From assembly GCA_963714975.1 (NCBI GenBank), contig CAVQQD010000001.1, positions 256,001-320,000 of the forward strand: 64,000 bases of DNA. Reading direction: 5' to 3'. Shown here one piece after another: positions 9,246-18,905 of the stretch. Each line of letters begins with the position of its first letter. Within the stretch, counting starts at the first letter, position 1. Position numbers and translations under genes: made by a program. The notes under the pieces are model-generated. The model had not been told where the DNA came from. It saw only the letters and a list, made by a program, of their open reading frames with translations, and did not search any database. This DNA is from an uncultured Gammaproteobacteria bacterium (GTDB lineage: Bacteria > Pseudomonadota > Gammaproteobacteria > JAURND01).

Positions 9246-10079
9246 ATGAAAACTATTACAGAAGCCCTGTCCATAGCTACCCATATTTTAAAACCCTACG
9301 TGCCACAATCTCACTTAGAGGCCGAATTACTACTGGCGCTTGCGCTGCAAAAACCCCGCAGCAGTTTATACGCCTACCCCGAATGCTCACTCACACCTCC
9401 ACAAATCGAACAATTTTCCTCACTTTTAAAACGTCGTAGCAGCGGTGAACCCCTAGCCTATATCCTCGGGGAAAAAGAATTTTGGTCACTCCCATTGCAT
9501 ATCACTCAAGATACCCTGGTTCCACGACCTGAGACCGAATTATTAGTCGAACTCGTGTTAAAAACGTTGCCCGCGCAACCACAACAGCTAGCCGATCTAG
9601 GTACAGGAAGCGGCGCCATTGCCTTGGCACTTGCTAAGGAACGCCCTGCCTGGCGCCTGACTGCCACCGATGCGTCACATCAAGCCTTGCAGGTTGCGCA
9701 GCAAAACGCCAAACGTCTGGAAATTACTAATCTAGAGTTTTTACAGGGAGATTGGTGCGCTGCATTACCAGCGCAAAAATACCATGCGCTCATCAGCAAT
9801 CCCCCGTATATTGCCGAAAATGATCCTCACTTAGCTGACTTAACTTTTGAACCCAAGCAAGCCTTGGTGAGCGGCGCTAGCGGGCTCGATGCCTTAGGCA
9901 AAATCATCCAACAATCTCCAAACTATTTGACCATTGGCGGTTGGATTTTTCTAGAACATGGTTGTGATCAAGCTGCCGCAGTCAAAGAGTTGCTGGCTGC
10001 CACAGGCTACCACAATGTAATGACCCACCAAGATTTATCAGGACAAGATAGGGTTACTGCAGGAAGACAGTGGCCTTAA
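9246..10079 (+). CDS. prmC: Release factor glutamine methyltransferase
   Basis: GEPLAYI, PRPETE, DLGTGSG, NPPY; follows prfA; the longer ORF-track start is REP-derived. Confidence 0.95.
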   Translation: MKTITEALSIATHILKPYVPQSHLEAELLLALALQKPRSSLYAYPECSLTPPQIEQFSSLLKRRSSGEPLAYILGEKEFWSLPLHITQDTLVPRPETELLVELVLKTLPAQPQQLADLGTGSGAIALALAKERPAWRLTATDASHQALQVAQQNAKRLEITNLEFLQGDWCAALPAQKYHALISNPPYIAENDPHLADLTFEPKQALVSGASGLDALGKIIQQSPNYLTIGGWIFLEHGCDQAAAVKELLAATGYHNVMTHQDLSGQDRVTAGRQWP

Positions 10080-10107
10080 TATTTCCATAATAGTGCCCTG
10101 TTAAAAT
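10075..10107 (+). promoter_or_regulatory. PmrA-type box plus -10, overlapping the prmC stop codon
   Basis: cTTAATATT-tc-cATAATAGT-N7-TAAAAT. Confidence 0.7.
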
Positions 10108-10154
10108 GTGATTTGTTGTAATCTGTCATCATTGCGAGGAGTAAAAGGTTCCAT

Positions 10155-12617
10155 ATGAGCATAGAATTAAACACCATTAACGAACAAGAAAATTTAATCG
10201 AATACCCAAAGATTCGCAGAGAGGCTAAGGGCCGCTTCATTATCCTACCTGATCAACATGGTTGTACCCTGAAATTAATTTTTTCTCTGGTCAAAGAAGG
10301 GATATTTGAAATCGAACCGGGCGACTATGCGAAAATCGTTGGGATATGTAAGCGAGCCGAAAAACTTTCTCAGGAAGATGCCGAGGAATTTAATACGATC
10401 CTGCGAGATAAAATTAAAGTGCGTCTTCCGCATAAACTGCATTTACTGGAAGATTTATTGGCTGACCGAGGATTTTTAGGGAATGATTATTTGAATGTTA
10501 AAGTCATAGAAAAATTAGGGGAAGCAGGAGTAAATTATGGAATAAGTTGGGCAAACCACGGCGCAGAGGCTTTATGTCGACTGCAGGGAGCGGCAGGAAA
10601 TATTGACCCCATGCAAACGCAGAGTTTCGGGCATATGGTTAGATTTTTACTTCGTTATCCTAAAGAAGAACATTATAGGCACGAAGTAGAAAATATAATA
10701 AACCGATACTATAAACCCAAACTGGAAATTTTAAGTGGGGCTATTATCCCCGCTAATGACTCATCTTTGCCACCCACATTTCTTCACCTGTCACATGCGC
10801 CAACCGATGTAACCTCCACCCAAGCAAATTTGGCCAAGTATTTTACAATGGAAGAGCGAAAACATACGAAATTAACCGATGTGATACAAGAAAGAATGGC
10901 GATTAATGCTCAATTTCGACTCGCTATTGAAAAAGAGAATTTTTTTCACGACTGGCATACTCAATTAAAGGCGTGGGAATGCAATAAGAATCAGAATGCG
11001 GACTGGAATACATGGAATACCTCAAAGATCCTTCTTTCTCCACTAATTATACCCGCTTGGAATAAAGGGGTTCCAACAGATGAGGTTTATGAGGACATCG
11101 AGGGGCATCAAGTAATTCATGTGCATGGACATGTGGGGAATGCTCCCGAGATTCCGTCCCCTAAAAAACGCATCAATTTGGATGCTAACAATTGGCTAGG
11201 ACATCTTCAACATCATCAACAAAAAAACGGCAATTATCGTGTTTATTCCTGCACCGGCGCCCAAACTCTGGAAGAATATTTAGGGGCGAGCGTCACCAGC
11301 AAAACGCCTGTGCAGGAAACAAAGCCGAAGCTTCAAGAATCAAAAGCCTTACCCTTAGCAAAACTCTGGCAAGCACAAAAGGGTTCCGAAATTTTATCTC
11401 AGGCCAGGAGCGAAAATTGGGACGCCGTATTTTTTTTACTGGAATATCAACCAAAGCAGGTTAACTATATTGACCCAAATAAAGAGACGGCCGTAATAAA
11501 TAGCGCCTCTCTCCTGCAATATGCAGTGCAACAAAATAATGAAGCTGCTGTAACAAAACTACTAGAACTAAAAGCCGAGGTTAATCTCCAAAATCGAGCA
11601 GGGTACTCACCGTTATATTTTTGCAACAATGAAACAATAAAGGCAAAGCTCATAGAGGCAGGAGCCACTGAAGCCAAGAAATGTGCCTATCTAGATCCCC
11701 AATTTCTGGTGCGAGAAATCCAGCAAGCTCCTCCTGATAATGTTTGGGATTGGGAGTTGGCCCATTTTTTAGTGGCAGAACCGGATTGTCCAGTAAATGG
11801 CTGTAACGACTCTCATCAAACCGTTTTACAGCAATTAATTATCAAGCAAAAATTCCAGCTGGCTGAAAAGCTACTGCAGAGAAATGATGTAGAGGTAAAT
11901 GCAGAAGATAATCAGGGCCGAACAGCTCTGGATTATCTGCAGTACCAATATGCTCCGAAATTAAGCGAATTGCTAGCAGGCAAGCAGGCACGAAAGGGTT
12001 CAGGCAAGGTAAGTGAAACCAAAAAAATCGAGCCCATAATTCAGAAGAAAGAAAACATTCATTCCCATGAAAATCCACAGCCGCCTCCTCCACCTAAGGG
12101 GCAAATCCTCAAGAGGAGCGATTTACCCGCTACCCATGCTCCTCTCCCTTCAAAATTAGAGGCTCCCCTTCCTCCACCCCTTGCCAATAATGATAATGAG
12201 ATTGAGGAGCAGAAGCTGCAAAAAGCCAAGAAAACGAAATCCCGCTCTAATTTTTGTCGATACTTCAAAGCTCCAACTAAACCCAGCTTGCACACAGTGG
12301 GAAAAGGATCAGTGGCCTCTTCAATACTTGCGACTATGTTATTAACTACCCTGGAAATAGCAGCAAACGGTTATGAGGCTGAATGGGCAACCAAGGCCTT
12401 ATCTCCAGAGCTGGGAACACTGGGGAAAACTGCAGTGATCACAGCCGAGGATGTGTTAATTGCTTGCGCATTAATCGGAGGGCCTTATTTACTCTACCGT
12501 TTGGGAAGTTTTCTTAAAGCTTCTTGTGCGGCTAAACCTTCGGATCATGCCACTAAGACACAACAGACCGGCCCCACTCATACCGCTGGCGGAAGGCCAT
12601 CATCCACCAACACGTAA
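10155..12617 (+). CDS. Wip-like metallophosphoesterase + ankyrin + Pro-rich linker + TM; putative Dot/Icm effector (paralog 3)
   Basis: DQHG, DLLADRG, ANHG, SHA, HVHGH; ankyrins; PQPPPPP; strong similarity to 1183-3414. Confidence 0.75.
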   Translation: MSIELNTINEQENLIEYPKIRREAKGRFIILPDQHGCTLKLIFSLVKEGIFEIEPGDYAKIVGICKRAEKLSQEDAEEFNTILRDKIKVRLPHKLHLLEDLLADRGFLGNDYLNVKVIEKLGEAGVNYGISWANHGAEALCRLQGAAGNIDPMQTQSFGHMVRFLLRYPKEEHYRHEVENIINRYYKPKLEILSGAIIPANDSSLPPTFLHLSHAPTDVTSTQANLAKYFTMEERKHTKLTDVIQERMAINAQFRLAIEKENFFHDWHTQLKAWECNKNQNADWNTWNTSKILLSPLIIPAWNKGVPTDEVYEDIEGHQVIHVHGHVGNAPEIPSPKKRINLDANNWLGHLQHHQQKNGNYRVYSCTGAQTLEEYLGASVTSKTPVQETKPKLQESKALPLAKLWQAQKGSEILSQARSENWDAVFFLLEYQPKQVNYIDPNKETAVINSASLLQYAVQQNNEAAVTKLLELKAEVNLQNRAGYSPLYFCNNETIKAKLIEAGATEAKKCAYLDPQFLVREIQQAPPDNVWDWELAHFLVAEPDCPVNGCNDSHQTVLQQLIIKQKFQLAEKLLQRNDVEVNAEDNQGRTALDYLQYQYAPKLSELLAGKQARKGSGKVSETKKIEPIIQKKENIHSHENPQPPPPPKGQILKRSDLPATHAPLPSKLEAPLPPPLANNDNEIEEQKLQKAKKTKSRSNFCRYFKAPTKPSLHTVGKGSVASSILATMLLTTLEIAANGYEAEWATKALSPELGTLGKTAVITAEDVLIACALIGGPYLLYRLGSFLKASCAAKPSDHATKTQQTGPTHTAGGRPSSTNT

Positions 12618-13690
12618 TAAGGCTTGGCTAGCCGATATTTTCTTGCTTTATTGGAATAATCAACAATTTCCAAAAAACCCGATTGCACCCATTTTTTACA
12701 AAGTGCTGTGCTGGTGCGAGGTTGAAAGCCAAATAATTCGCCAATTTGATGACTGGTAACGACGTCATAATTTTGAAATAACTCAAATGCTTTGCGCTGT
12801 TTTGGATCCAAGGCCCTGATTAAAGCAGAATGATCTTGCTCGCCTTTATTTTTGGAGTGAATCATTTGCGTGACCACTTTCTCAAAAGCAAAAGCCATTC
12901 CCTCAATAAAATATTCAATCCAATCTGTAATATCACTTTCAACGCGACCAAAATAATAATTGTGTGAAGGCCCGATACTGATAGCACGATAATAGGCAAG
13001 TAAATTTCGTGCATAATATTCTTCTAGGGAATAAAGCCCTTTTAGATCATAGCCACCTAAATGCAAAATCAATGTCGTCAATAATCTCGCAGTACGACCA
13101 TTACCATCGTAATAAGGATGAATCGTTGCAAACTGGTAATGCGCAATGCTGGCGACAATCGGGCAGGGCAAATCAACACTTTCTCTGATCCAAGCAACCA
13201 GCTGTCGCATTAAAGCCGGGACATCCTTAAATTCTGGCGGCATATAGACAATCGTATTGGTCGCGCCATCTCTAATCACATTTTGCCCATCTCGGTAGGC
13301 AGTAGGGGATACCCGCTTTCGGCCGTCACTCATGACCAATGCATGAAGCGTTTGTATCAGCTTTTCAGTAATTGGGCATCCTTGAGCCACATATTGCTCC
13401 ACTTGCGCAAGCGCCGCATAATAGCCTTTTACCTCATGTTCATCGCGCTCACGCCCAGGGAAATGTCCGTCCAAAGTCAACACTTCCTTAACTTGCTCAG
13501 GGTCTAATCGGTTACCTTCTATCATCGTAGAATAATGCGTCGTATATAATTTCGCGGTTTCCCGCAATGAGGCTATAACGCTAGGATTAATAGGTAGCAA
13601 AGAAACCTGCTGTTTCGCAGCCTCAATTCGCATCAAATCTTTTGCTAGCTTTGGACTGATAACATACACAGGGTTGAATTTTGTCGGCAT
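12578..13690 (-). CDS. Fic-family protein with C-terminal winged-helix-like region
   Basis: HPYYDGNGRTAR motif; N-terminal STMIEGN inhibitory helix. Confidence 0.92.
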   Translation of the reverse strand: MPTKFNPVYVISPKLAKDLMRIEAAKQQVSLLPINPSVIASLRETAKLYTTHYSTMIEGNRLDPEQVKEVLTLDGHFPGRERDEHEVKGYYAALAQVEQYVAQGCPITEKLIQTLHALVMSDGRKRVSPTAYRDGQNVIRDGATNTIVYMPPEFKDVPALMRQLVAWIRESVDLPCPIVASIAHYQFATIHPYYDGNGRTARLLTTLILHLGGYDLKGLYSLEEYYARNLLAYYRAISIGPSHNYYFGRVESDITDWIEYFIEGMAFAFEKVVTQMIHSKNKGEQDHSALIRALDPKQRKAFELFQNYDVVTSHQIGELFGFQPRTSTALCKKWVQSGFLEIVDYSNKARKYRLAKPYYVLVDDGLPPAV

Positions 13691-13702
13691 ATTAATGGCT
13701 AT

Positions 13703-13738
13703 ATATCAGCTAAATGTATACCAACAGTATGCTGATAT
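13703..13738. promoter_or_regulatory. Inverted repeat upstream of fic (candidate operator)
   Basis: ATATCAGC ... GCTGATAT. Confidence 0.4.
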
Positions 13739-13773
13739 TTTTCTGATAAATCAAGAATAAGCTGAATTAAGCT

Positions 13774-14901
13774 CTACTGATTAAAAATAGTGATATATCT
13801 TTTATACATAAAAGAGCGGCCATAAGTTTTACTCTCATCCTTAGGCTCTAATATATCTAAAGTGATTAATCGATCTATAGCTTTCTGAGCTCCTTGGCGG
13901 GTAAATCCGCTGAGATTTTGAACATTATGCACATTGGTTACGGGAAGTTTAAACAATTCGTATAAGATTTTTATTGAAGTTTCTGCTGAGGTTTTCCCTA
14001 AAGATTGAATTTTCCTTAAGTCTTCTTCTCGCAACGTATTAATTTTCTTGACTGTCTCTGTGGCTTCCTTGGCAATTTCTATCACTCCGTCCAAGAAAAA
14101 ATCAAGCCATTTTTCCATACCTTCACGACAGTAGTTGTTTAACCGATCATAATAGCTTTGCTGATGTTTTTTAAAATAGGAAGAAAGAAATAACAAAGGT
14201 CGATCTAACAACCCCTGTAGCCATAAATAAAGCGTAATCAAGATTCGACCAGTACGACCATTGCCATCTAAAAATGGATGAATAGTTTCAAATTGGGCAT
14301 GAATGATGCCTGCTTTTAGCACGGGCAATAGCTCGTTTTCTTGATGGCAGAATTTTTCTAATTCCCCCATTGCTCGTTGCATCTCATGCACAGGGGGCGG
14401 CACAAACAAGGCATCTGCAGGAGATCTTCCACCAATCCAATTTTGAGAATTTCGAAAATTCCCAGGATCAGCAATATGAGTTTTTCTGGCGCCATCCATC
14501 AGTAATTTATGGATTTCTTTGATAAATCGGAGACTTAGAGGAAAAGTTCGTAAGCGATTCAAGCCATAATTCAGGGCTTCAACATAATGCAGTATATCGT
14601 CCACATCATCTGGCAAGTTTTCAGAGGTTTTTGAAATCGCCTCTACTGCATCAATAATGGTCGCTTGAGTTCCTTCAATTTGGCTCGATGAAGCAGCATC
14701 CTTAGAGATATACATCGAAATAAAAAAATCGATGTCGGGTAATAGCTCAGAAATCCCATCAAGCTTTCCCAAAGCCAAAGTGGCTTCGCTTGCTTTCTGG
14801 ATGAGGGAGTTGGCGAAAATGAAGCCACCCTTTGGAGGGAAGGATAGAGGAATAAAGGCCTTATAGCCTTGGGACTGTTTGACAAAATGACCTACTTTCA
14901 T
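13774..14901 (-). CDS. Fic-family protein
   Basis: HPFLDGNGRTGR; SSQIEGT inhibitory motif. Confidence 0.95.
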   Translation of the reverse strand: MKVGHFVKQSQGYKAFIPLSFPPKGGFIFANSLIQKASEATLALGKLDGISELLPDIDFFISMYISKDAASSSQIEGTQATIIDAVEAISKTSENLPDDVDDILHYVEALNYGLNRLRTFPLSLRFIKEIHKLLMDGARKTHIADPGNFRNSQNWIGGRSPADALFVPPPVHEMQRAMGELEKFCHQENELLPVLKAGIIHAQFETIHPFLDGNGRTGRILITLYLWLQGLLDRPLLFLSSYFKKHQQSYYDRLNNYCREGMEKWLDFFLDGVIEIAKEATETVKKINTLREEDLRKIQSLGKTSAETSIKILYELFKLPVTNVHNVQNLSGFTRQGAQKAIDRLITLDILEPKDESKTYGRSFMYKRYITIFNQ

Positions 14902-14902
14902 T

Positions 14903-14975
14903 TTTGTTTACATCTCTGGGAAGATGTAACCAGTTTATCAAAATTTGTTTACATCTCAAGGCAAATGTAAACAAA
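14903..14975. promoter_or_regulatory. Two tandem palindromic operators upstream of fic
   Basis: TTTGTTTACATCTC at 14903 and 14944, each followed by ATGTAA. Confidence 0.6.
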
Positions 14976-15150
14976 AAAGTTATTTTTATGTGATGACGCT
15001 TTAACCCCAAAAATTGGCATGTCGGGCATGTCACTAAAATAAGATCCCCGACAAGAATTTCATAACTCACCTAAATTATAATTTTGGGTAGCGCAATCAT
15101 TTAGTGCTGTCTTCGGTATTAAGATTGATTATTGATGGGTGCCTCATTTG

Positions 15151-15537
15151 TCACCAAATTGTTTTCGCTTGAGGATAAGCAACAATGTGCTGATCCGGCG
15201 TTAGAATGGTGAGATTATGCTTGTGGGCGGTAGCAATGATTAGCCGATCCGCAGGGTCTTTATGGATTGGAGGTAATTGTGCGGCATATAAGGCGATTTC
15301 ACCATCTATGGGTAATTCAATTAATCCATGTAAATAAAGCGCTTTACTTAACCAGTCTTGCGGCAATAATGGTAACTCTAGAAGTTTTTTATTTACCTTA
15401 ACTCCGATTTCAAAAGCGCTTATGGCAGAAGTAAACAAAGCACTTGCATTATTACTAATTTGCTGACGGGCCTTTTGGCTTAAACTATCTTGTTGAGCTA
15501 CTAGCCAAAGTAATGCACACGTATCAAGTAATATCAC
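15151..15537 (-). CDS. vapC: PIN-domain VapC toxin
   Basis: ILLDTC..SAISAFEI..HKDPADRLIIA. Confidence 0.92.
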   Translation of the reverse strand: MILLDTCALLWLVAQQDSLSQKARQQISNNASALFTSAISAFEIGVKVNKKLLELPLLPQDWLSKALYLHGLIELPIDGEIALYAAQLPPIHKDPADRLIIATAHKHNLTILTPDQHIVAYPQAKTIW

Positions 15538-15776
15538 ACATTATCCTCAGTCGGCCATTCATCTTCAGTGAGTGGAGACATAGGATCATAATGTATTTTA
15601 ATATCCTGTAAAATACTGTATTGCTGTAATGGGTCTATAGCTGATTTTTTAATAGGGACTATATCGGCGATTGGTTTGCCATTACGACACACCCGTACTA
15701 CCTCATTGTGCTCTTCAATTTGTGCTAATAAATAAGACAACTTAGTTTTCGCCTGATGAGTATTGACAGTAATCAT
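15534..15776 (-). CDS. Phd/YefM-family antitoxin
   Basis: VNTHQAKTKLS..RNGKPIADIVP; 4-nt overlap with toxin. Confidence 0.9.
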   Translation of the reverse strand: MITVNTHQAKTKLSYLLAQIEEHNEVVRVCRNGKPIADIVPIKKSAIDPLQQYSILQDIKIHYDPMSPLTEDEWPTEDNV

Positions 15777-15798
15777 TTTCGCACCCGCACCATAAAAT

Positions 15799-15838
15799 TA
15801 ACTAGACTAAGTTTAGTTCAAAAAAATGGGGTGGTCAA
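15799..15838 (-). promoter_or_regulatory. TA promoter with palindrome overlapping -10
   Basis: Minus strand TTGACC-N17-TAAACT; AACTAGAC-TAA-GTTTAGTT. Confidence 0.5.
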
Positions 15839-15858
15839 CAATTTAATTAGGCATAACA

Positions 15859-16296
15859 TCATGAGCCCACCACCTCAAATGAAACCTCAATGTTGCCACG
15901 GGTAGCATGGGAATAAGGGCAAATTTGTTCGTGTGCTTCCTTAACATAAGCGGCCAGCTCTGTTTGCGGCAAACTTTTATCTTCCACTTTCATCTGCACT
16001 GCTAAGCCAAACCCACCTTGATCCCGCTTGCCAATTGAAACACTACAAGAGACCTTAGCTTTTGAGGCATCTTTATGGTATTTCTTAGCGACAAAATCCA
16101 ATGCACCGCCAAAACAAGCTGCATAACCTGCTGCAAACAAATGTTCAGGGGTGACGGTGTTGGGCTGGCCCGGACCGCCCATTTCTTTTGGGACGGATAA
16201 GTTGACTTTTACAATGGAGTCACTAGTTTCACTATGCCCATTGCGACCACCAATTGCCGTCGCCGTGATGGTAAAAAGAGGTTTTATGGTATCCAT
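15859..16296 (-). CDS. ohr: Organic hydroperoxide resistance protein
   Basis: GGRNG, PEHLFAAGYAACF, ICPYSHATRGN. Confidence 0.95.
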   Translation of the reverse strand: MDTIKPLFTITATAIGGRNGHSETSDSIVKVNLSVPKEMGGPGQPNTVTPEHLFAAGYAACFGGALDFVAKKYHKDASKAKVSCSVSIGKRDQGGFGLAVQMKVEDKSLPQTELAAYVKEAHEQICPYSHATRGNIEVSFEVVGS

Positions 16297-16390
16297 GATT
16301 ATTTCCTTATATAATTTATGAGGTTGTTGTGGACCCACATTACTACTATTTTAGTAGGGTGTCTATCTTTCAGGAGGATCCGTTGGTTGT

Positions 16391-17599
16391 ATGCTGCTAA
16401 TATTTAAAAAATTACAAATCCTGTCATCACAACCTCTGCGTTGGTTTGTTCTCAATGGTATTTTTGCAACCTTTAGTAATGGTCTAATCTACATCGCCAT
16501 GACTTGGATAATCTTAAATGAAATCAATTCAATCAGTTCCTTGTCCACCTTAATGATCTGTTTCTGGGCACCCACTACTCTTTTAGGGCCGTTATGTGGT
16601 GTTATTGCCGATCGGTATTCAAGAAGAAAAATAATGACTTTCAGTAATCTATTACGCGGATTGTTCTTATTAGCCTTAATGACTATTGAAGACATGACCA
16701 GCACGGAGATCTACATTACTGCTTTAGCCTTGGGCATCATGGGCAACTTGTACGGTCCAGCTGCTTTTGCTTTTATTAGAGAAATAGTTCCTGCTGAGAA
16801 AATGTTTCAAGCAAATGCAATCGTTGCCATGTCTTATGAAGTTGGAAATATGGTAGGAATGGGTTGTGCAGGAATTTTAATGTCTGTATATCCCGCCAAA
16901 ATAGTGATTGCCATCAGCGGCTCACTTTTTTTGGCTGCCGTGGTATGCTTAATGCTCATTAAAGCGAAACCATCAATATCAAGCAATCTTCCTGGAACAT
17001 CAATAAATTTTCTTAAATCATTGCAAGAAGGGTTGAGTTATATTTGGAAGGTCAAAAAAATCCGTATTCTGTATACCGTGGAGTTATTGCTGATGGTCAA
17101 TTTTTTAACTGCACCCATTTTATTAGCTCCCTTCGCCAAAAATATTTTGCATACCAATGTCAGTCAATTCGGCATTATTCAAGCTTTTTTGTCATTAGGA
17201 ATTATTATGGGTGCTCTAATTGCTCCTTGGTTATTAGAACTTTGGCCATTAAAAAAAATAGTGATCGTCAAAACCACGGTTATCATGTTGCTTTTTTTAC
17301 TATTTTCAATAACTTCAAACGTAGTTACCGCCAACATAATTCATTTTTTTCTGGGGTTTGCAATGGTGGCTTGGACTTTAGTGGTCACTCAAGCGCAGCT
17401 TTGCACGGAATTAGACTTTCAAGCTCGTACTCATGCCGCATTTAATAGCATAACTGCAGTGGTAATTTTATTATTTTATATTTTGTTAGACGTTGGCAGC
17501 AAGTTAATTTCTCTGCGAGGATTATATGTACTCGAAGCAACTTTTGCTGCGATTGCGACTTATTTGTTGTGGCGTCATAGAGATTTTTTAACATCTTAG
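16391..17599 (+). CDS. MFS transporter (DHA3/EntS-like)
   Basis: GVIADRYSRR motif A; many TM segments. Confidence 0.9.
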   Translation: MLLIFKKLQILSSQPLRWFVLNGIFATFSNGLIYIAMTWIILNEINSISSLSTLMICFWAPTTLLGPLCGVIADRYSRRKIMTFSNLLRGLFLLALMTIEDMTSTEIYITALALGIMGNLYGPAAFAFIREIVPAEKMFQANAIVAMSYEVGNMVGMGCAGILMSVYPAKIVIAISGSLFLAAVVCLMLIKAKPSISSNLPGTSINFLKSLQEGLSYIWKVKKIRILYTVELLLMVNFLTAPILLAPFAKNILHTNVSQFGIIQAFLSLGIIMGALIAPWLLELWPLKKIVIVKTTVIMLLFLLFSITSNVVTANIIHFFLGFAMVAWTLVVTQAQLCTELDFQARTHAAFNSITAVVILLFYILLDVGSKLISLRGLYVLEATFAAIATYLLWRHRDFLTS

Positions 17600-17699
17600 G
17601 GCTCTGGCCAATCGATTGTTAACATCAGGATGAATAGGTCTGGAGAGTCCTAAGTTCCAGCCACAAATCCAGAAGGAGCAGGGTTTCAGCGGGACATGC

Positions 17700-18905
17700 T
17701 CAAATTCGCTCATAAAACACGGCTCTTCCTGGCAGATCTCCCTGCAACCCCATCGCGCGCCGGATAAAATAGGCTTTAAGCCATGGCAGCTTTTCAGTGC
17801 AGACAAATGCTCCTTCTCGTGCTTTTTTTGCGAGCGGAGACGTGCTAGCAAAACAACGCCGAAATCCTTCCATGGCTTTAATCATTAGGGTATTTTCGCC
17901 TTTACGCCAACGCTCATAACGTCGTAAATTCAATATATGCGCAAAATCTCGGCCTTTCTGAGCCGCTTCTTGGAGTACTTGCGCCAAACATGTGGCATCT
18001 AATAAGCCTAAATTGACCCCTTGACCCGCCAGAGGATGCAGAGTATGTGCTGCATCTCCAATTAACGCCACTCCTGGTTTGACATAATTTATGGCGTGAC
18101 TCTCTTGCAAGGAAAAAACCAGCCGCTGGTCAATCGCTTCCATCTCCCCCAGTGTCATCCCGAGCGAAGCGAGGGATCCTTCAAACGCAGCGGTTAGTTG
18201 TTGATTAAAGTCAATGACCTCCATTTTCTGAAGCTGTTGTGCTTGCTCAGGAGTAGTCGACCAGACTAACGAAGCAAGCTGCGGGTCTGCTAAAGGTAAT
18301 AATGCTACCGGACCGGTGGCCAGGAAACGTTGCCAGGCTGTTTGTCGATACCCTTGCTGGCAGCGTACTGTAGTCACTAAGGCGCTCTGCTGATAGGACC
18401 TGGTCTTTGCCGTTAACCCCGTTTGCTGGGCCACCCAAGAATTGGCGCCATCAGCACCTACTAATAAGCGGGTTTTAAGGTCTCCAAGATTAGTTAACCC
18501 CGTAGCATAAAATAACTGGACATTTTCATAGGATTGGAGCCGCGACCATAGGGCTTGTTTCATCACGGAATGTTCAACAATATGGCCTAAATAGGGTTGG
18601 GAAACTTCCGTGCAATCAAATTCAATCTTCGCAGAGCTTTGAGCATCCCAAACATACATCTGTTGAAATGGACTGACCCGCCATTGCTGTATCGTTTCCC
18701 AGAGATTAAAAGATTGAAAAATAGCGACAGCCGCATGGTTAATAGCACTCACCCGAAGGTCATAGCTGACGGGGGAAAAATTTGCCTCTGGCGCAGGTTG
18801 TTGGTCAATGACGGCAATAGTCCAGTGGCTATCTGCCAACGCATTGGCTAAGGTCAAACCAACTAGACTGCCACCGATTATGCAAATATCTGCTTCAACT
18901 ACCAT
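17700..18905 (-). CDS. UbiH/UbiF/VisC-family FAD hydroxylase
   Basis: IIGGSLVG, RVSAI, GADG, GDAAHTLHPLAGQGVNLG. Confidence 0.92.
   Translation of the reverse strand: MVVEADICIIGGSLVGLTLANALADSHWTIAVIDQQPAPEANFSPVSYDLRVSAINHAAVAIFQSFNLWETIQQWRVSPFQQMYVWDAQSSAKIEFDCTEVSQPYLGHIVEHSVMKQALWSRLQSYENVQLFYATGLTNLGDLKTRLLVGADGANSWVAQQTGLTAKTRSYQQSALVTTVRCQQGYRQTAWQRFLATGPVALLPLADPQLASLVWSTTPEQAQQLQKMEVIDFNQQLTAAFEGSLASLGMTLGEMEAIDQRLVFSLQESHAINYVKPGVALIGDAAHTLHPLAGQGVNLGLLDATCLAQVLQEAAQKGRDFAHILNLRRYERWRKGENTLMIKAMEGFRRCFASTSPLAKKAREGAFVCTEKLPWLKAYFIRRAMGLQGDLPGRAVFYERI
18149..18178. repeat. Intragenic REP family B fragment, read in frame
   Basis: 30 nt identical to 28223-28252. Confidence 0.85.
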
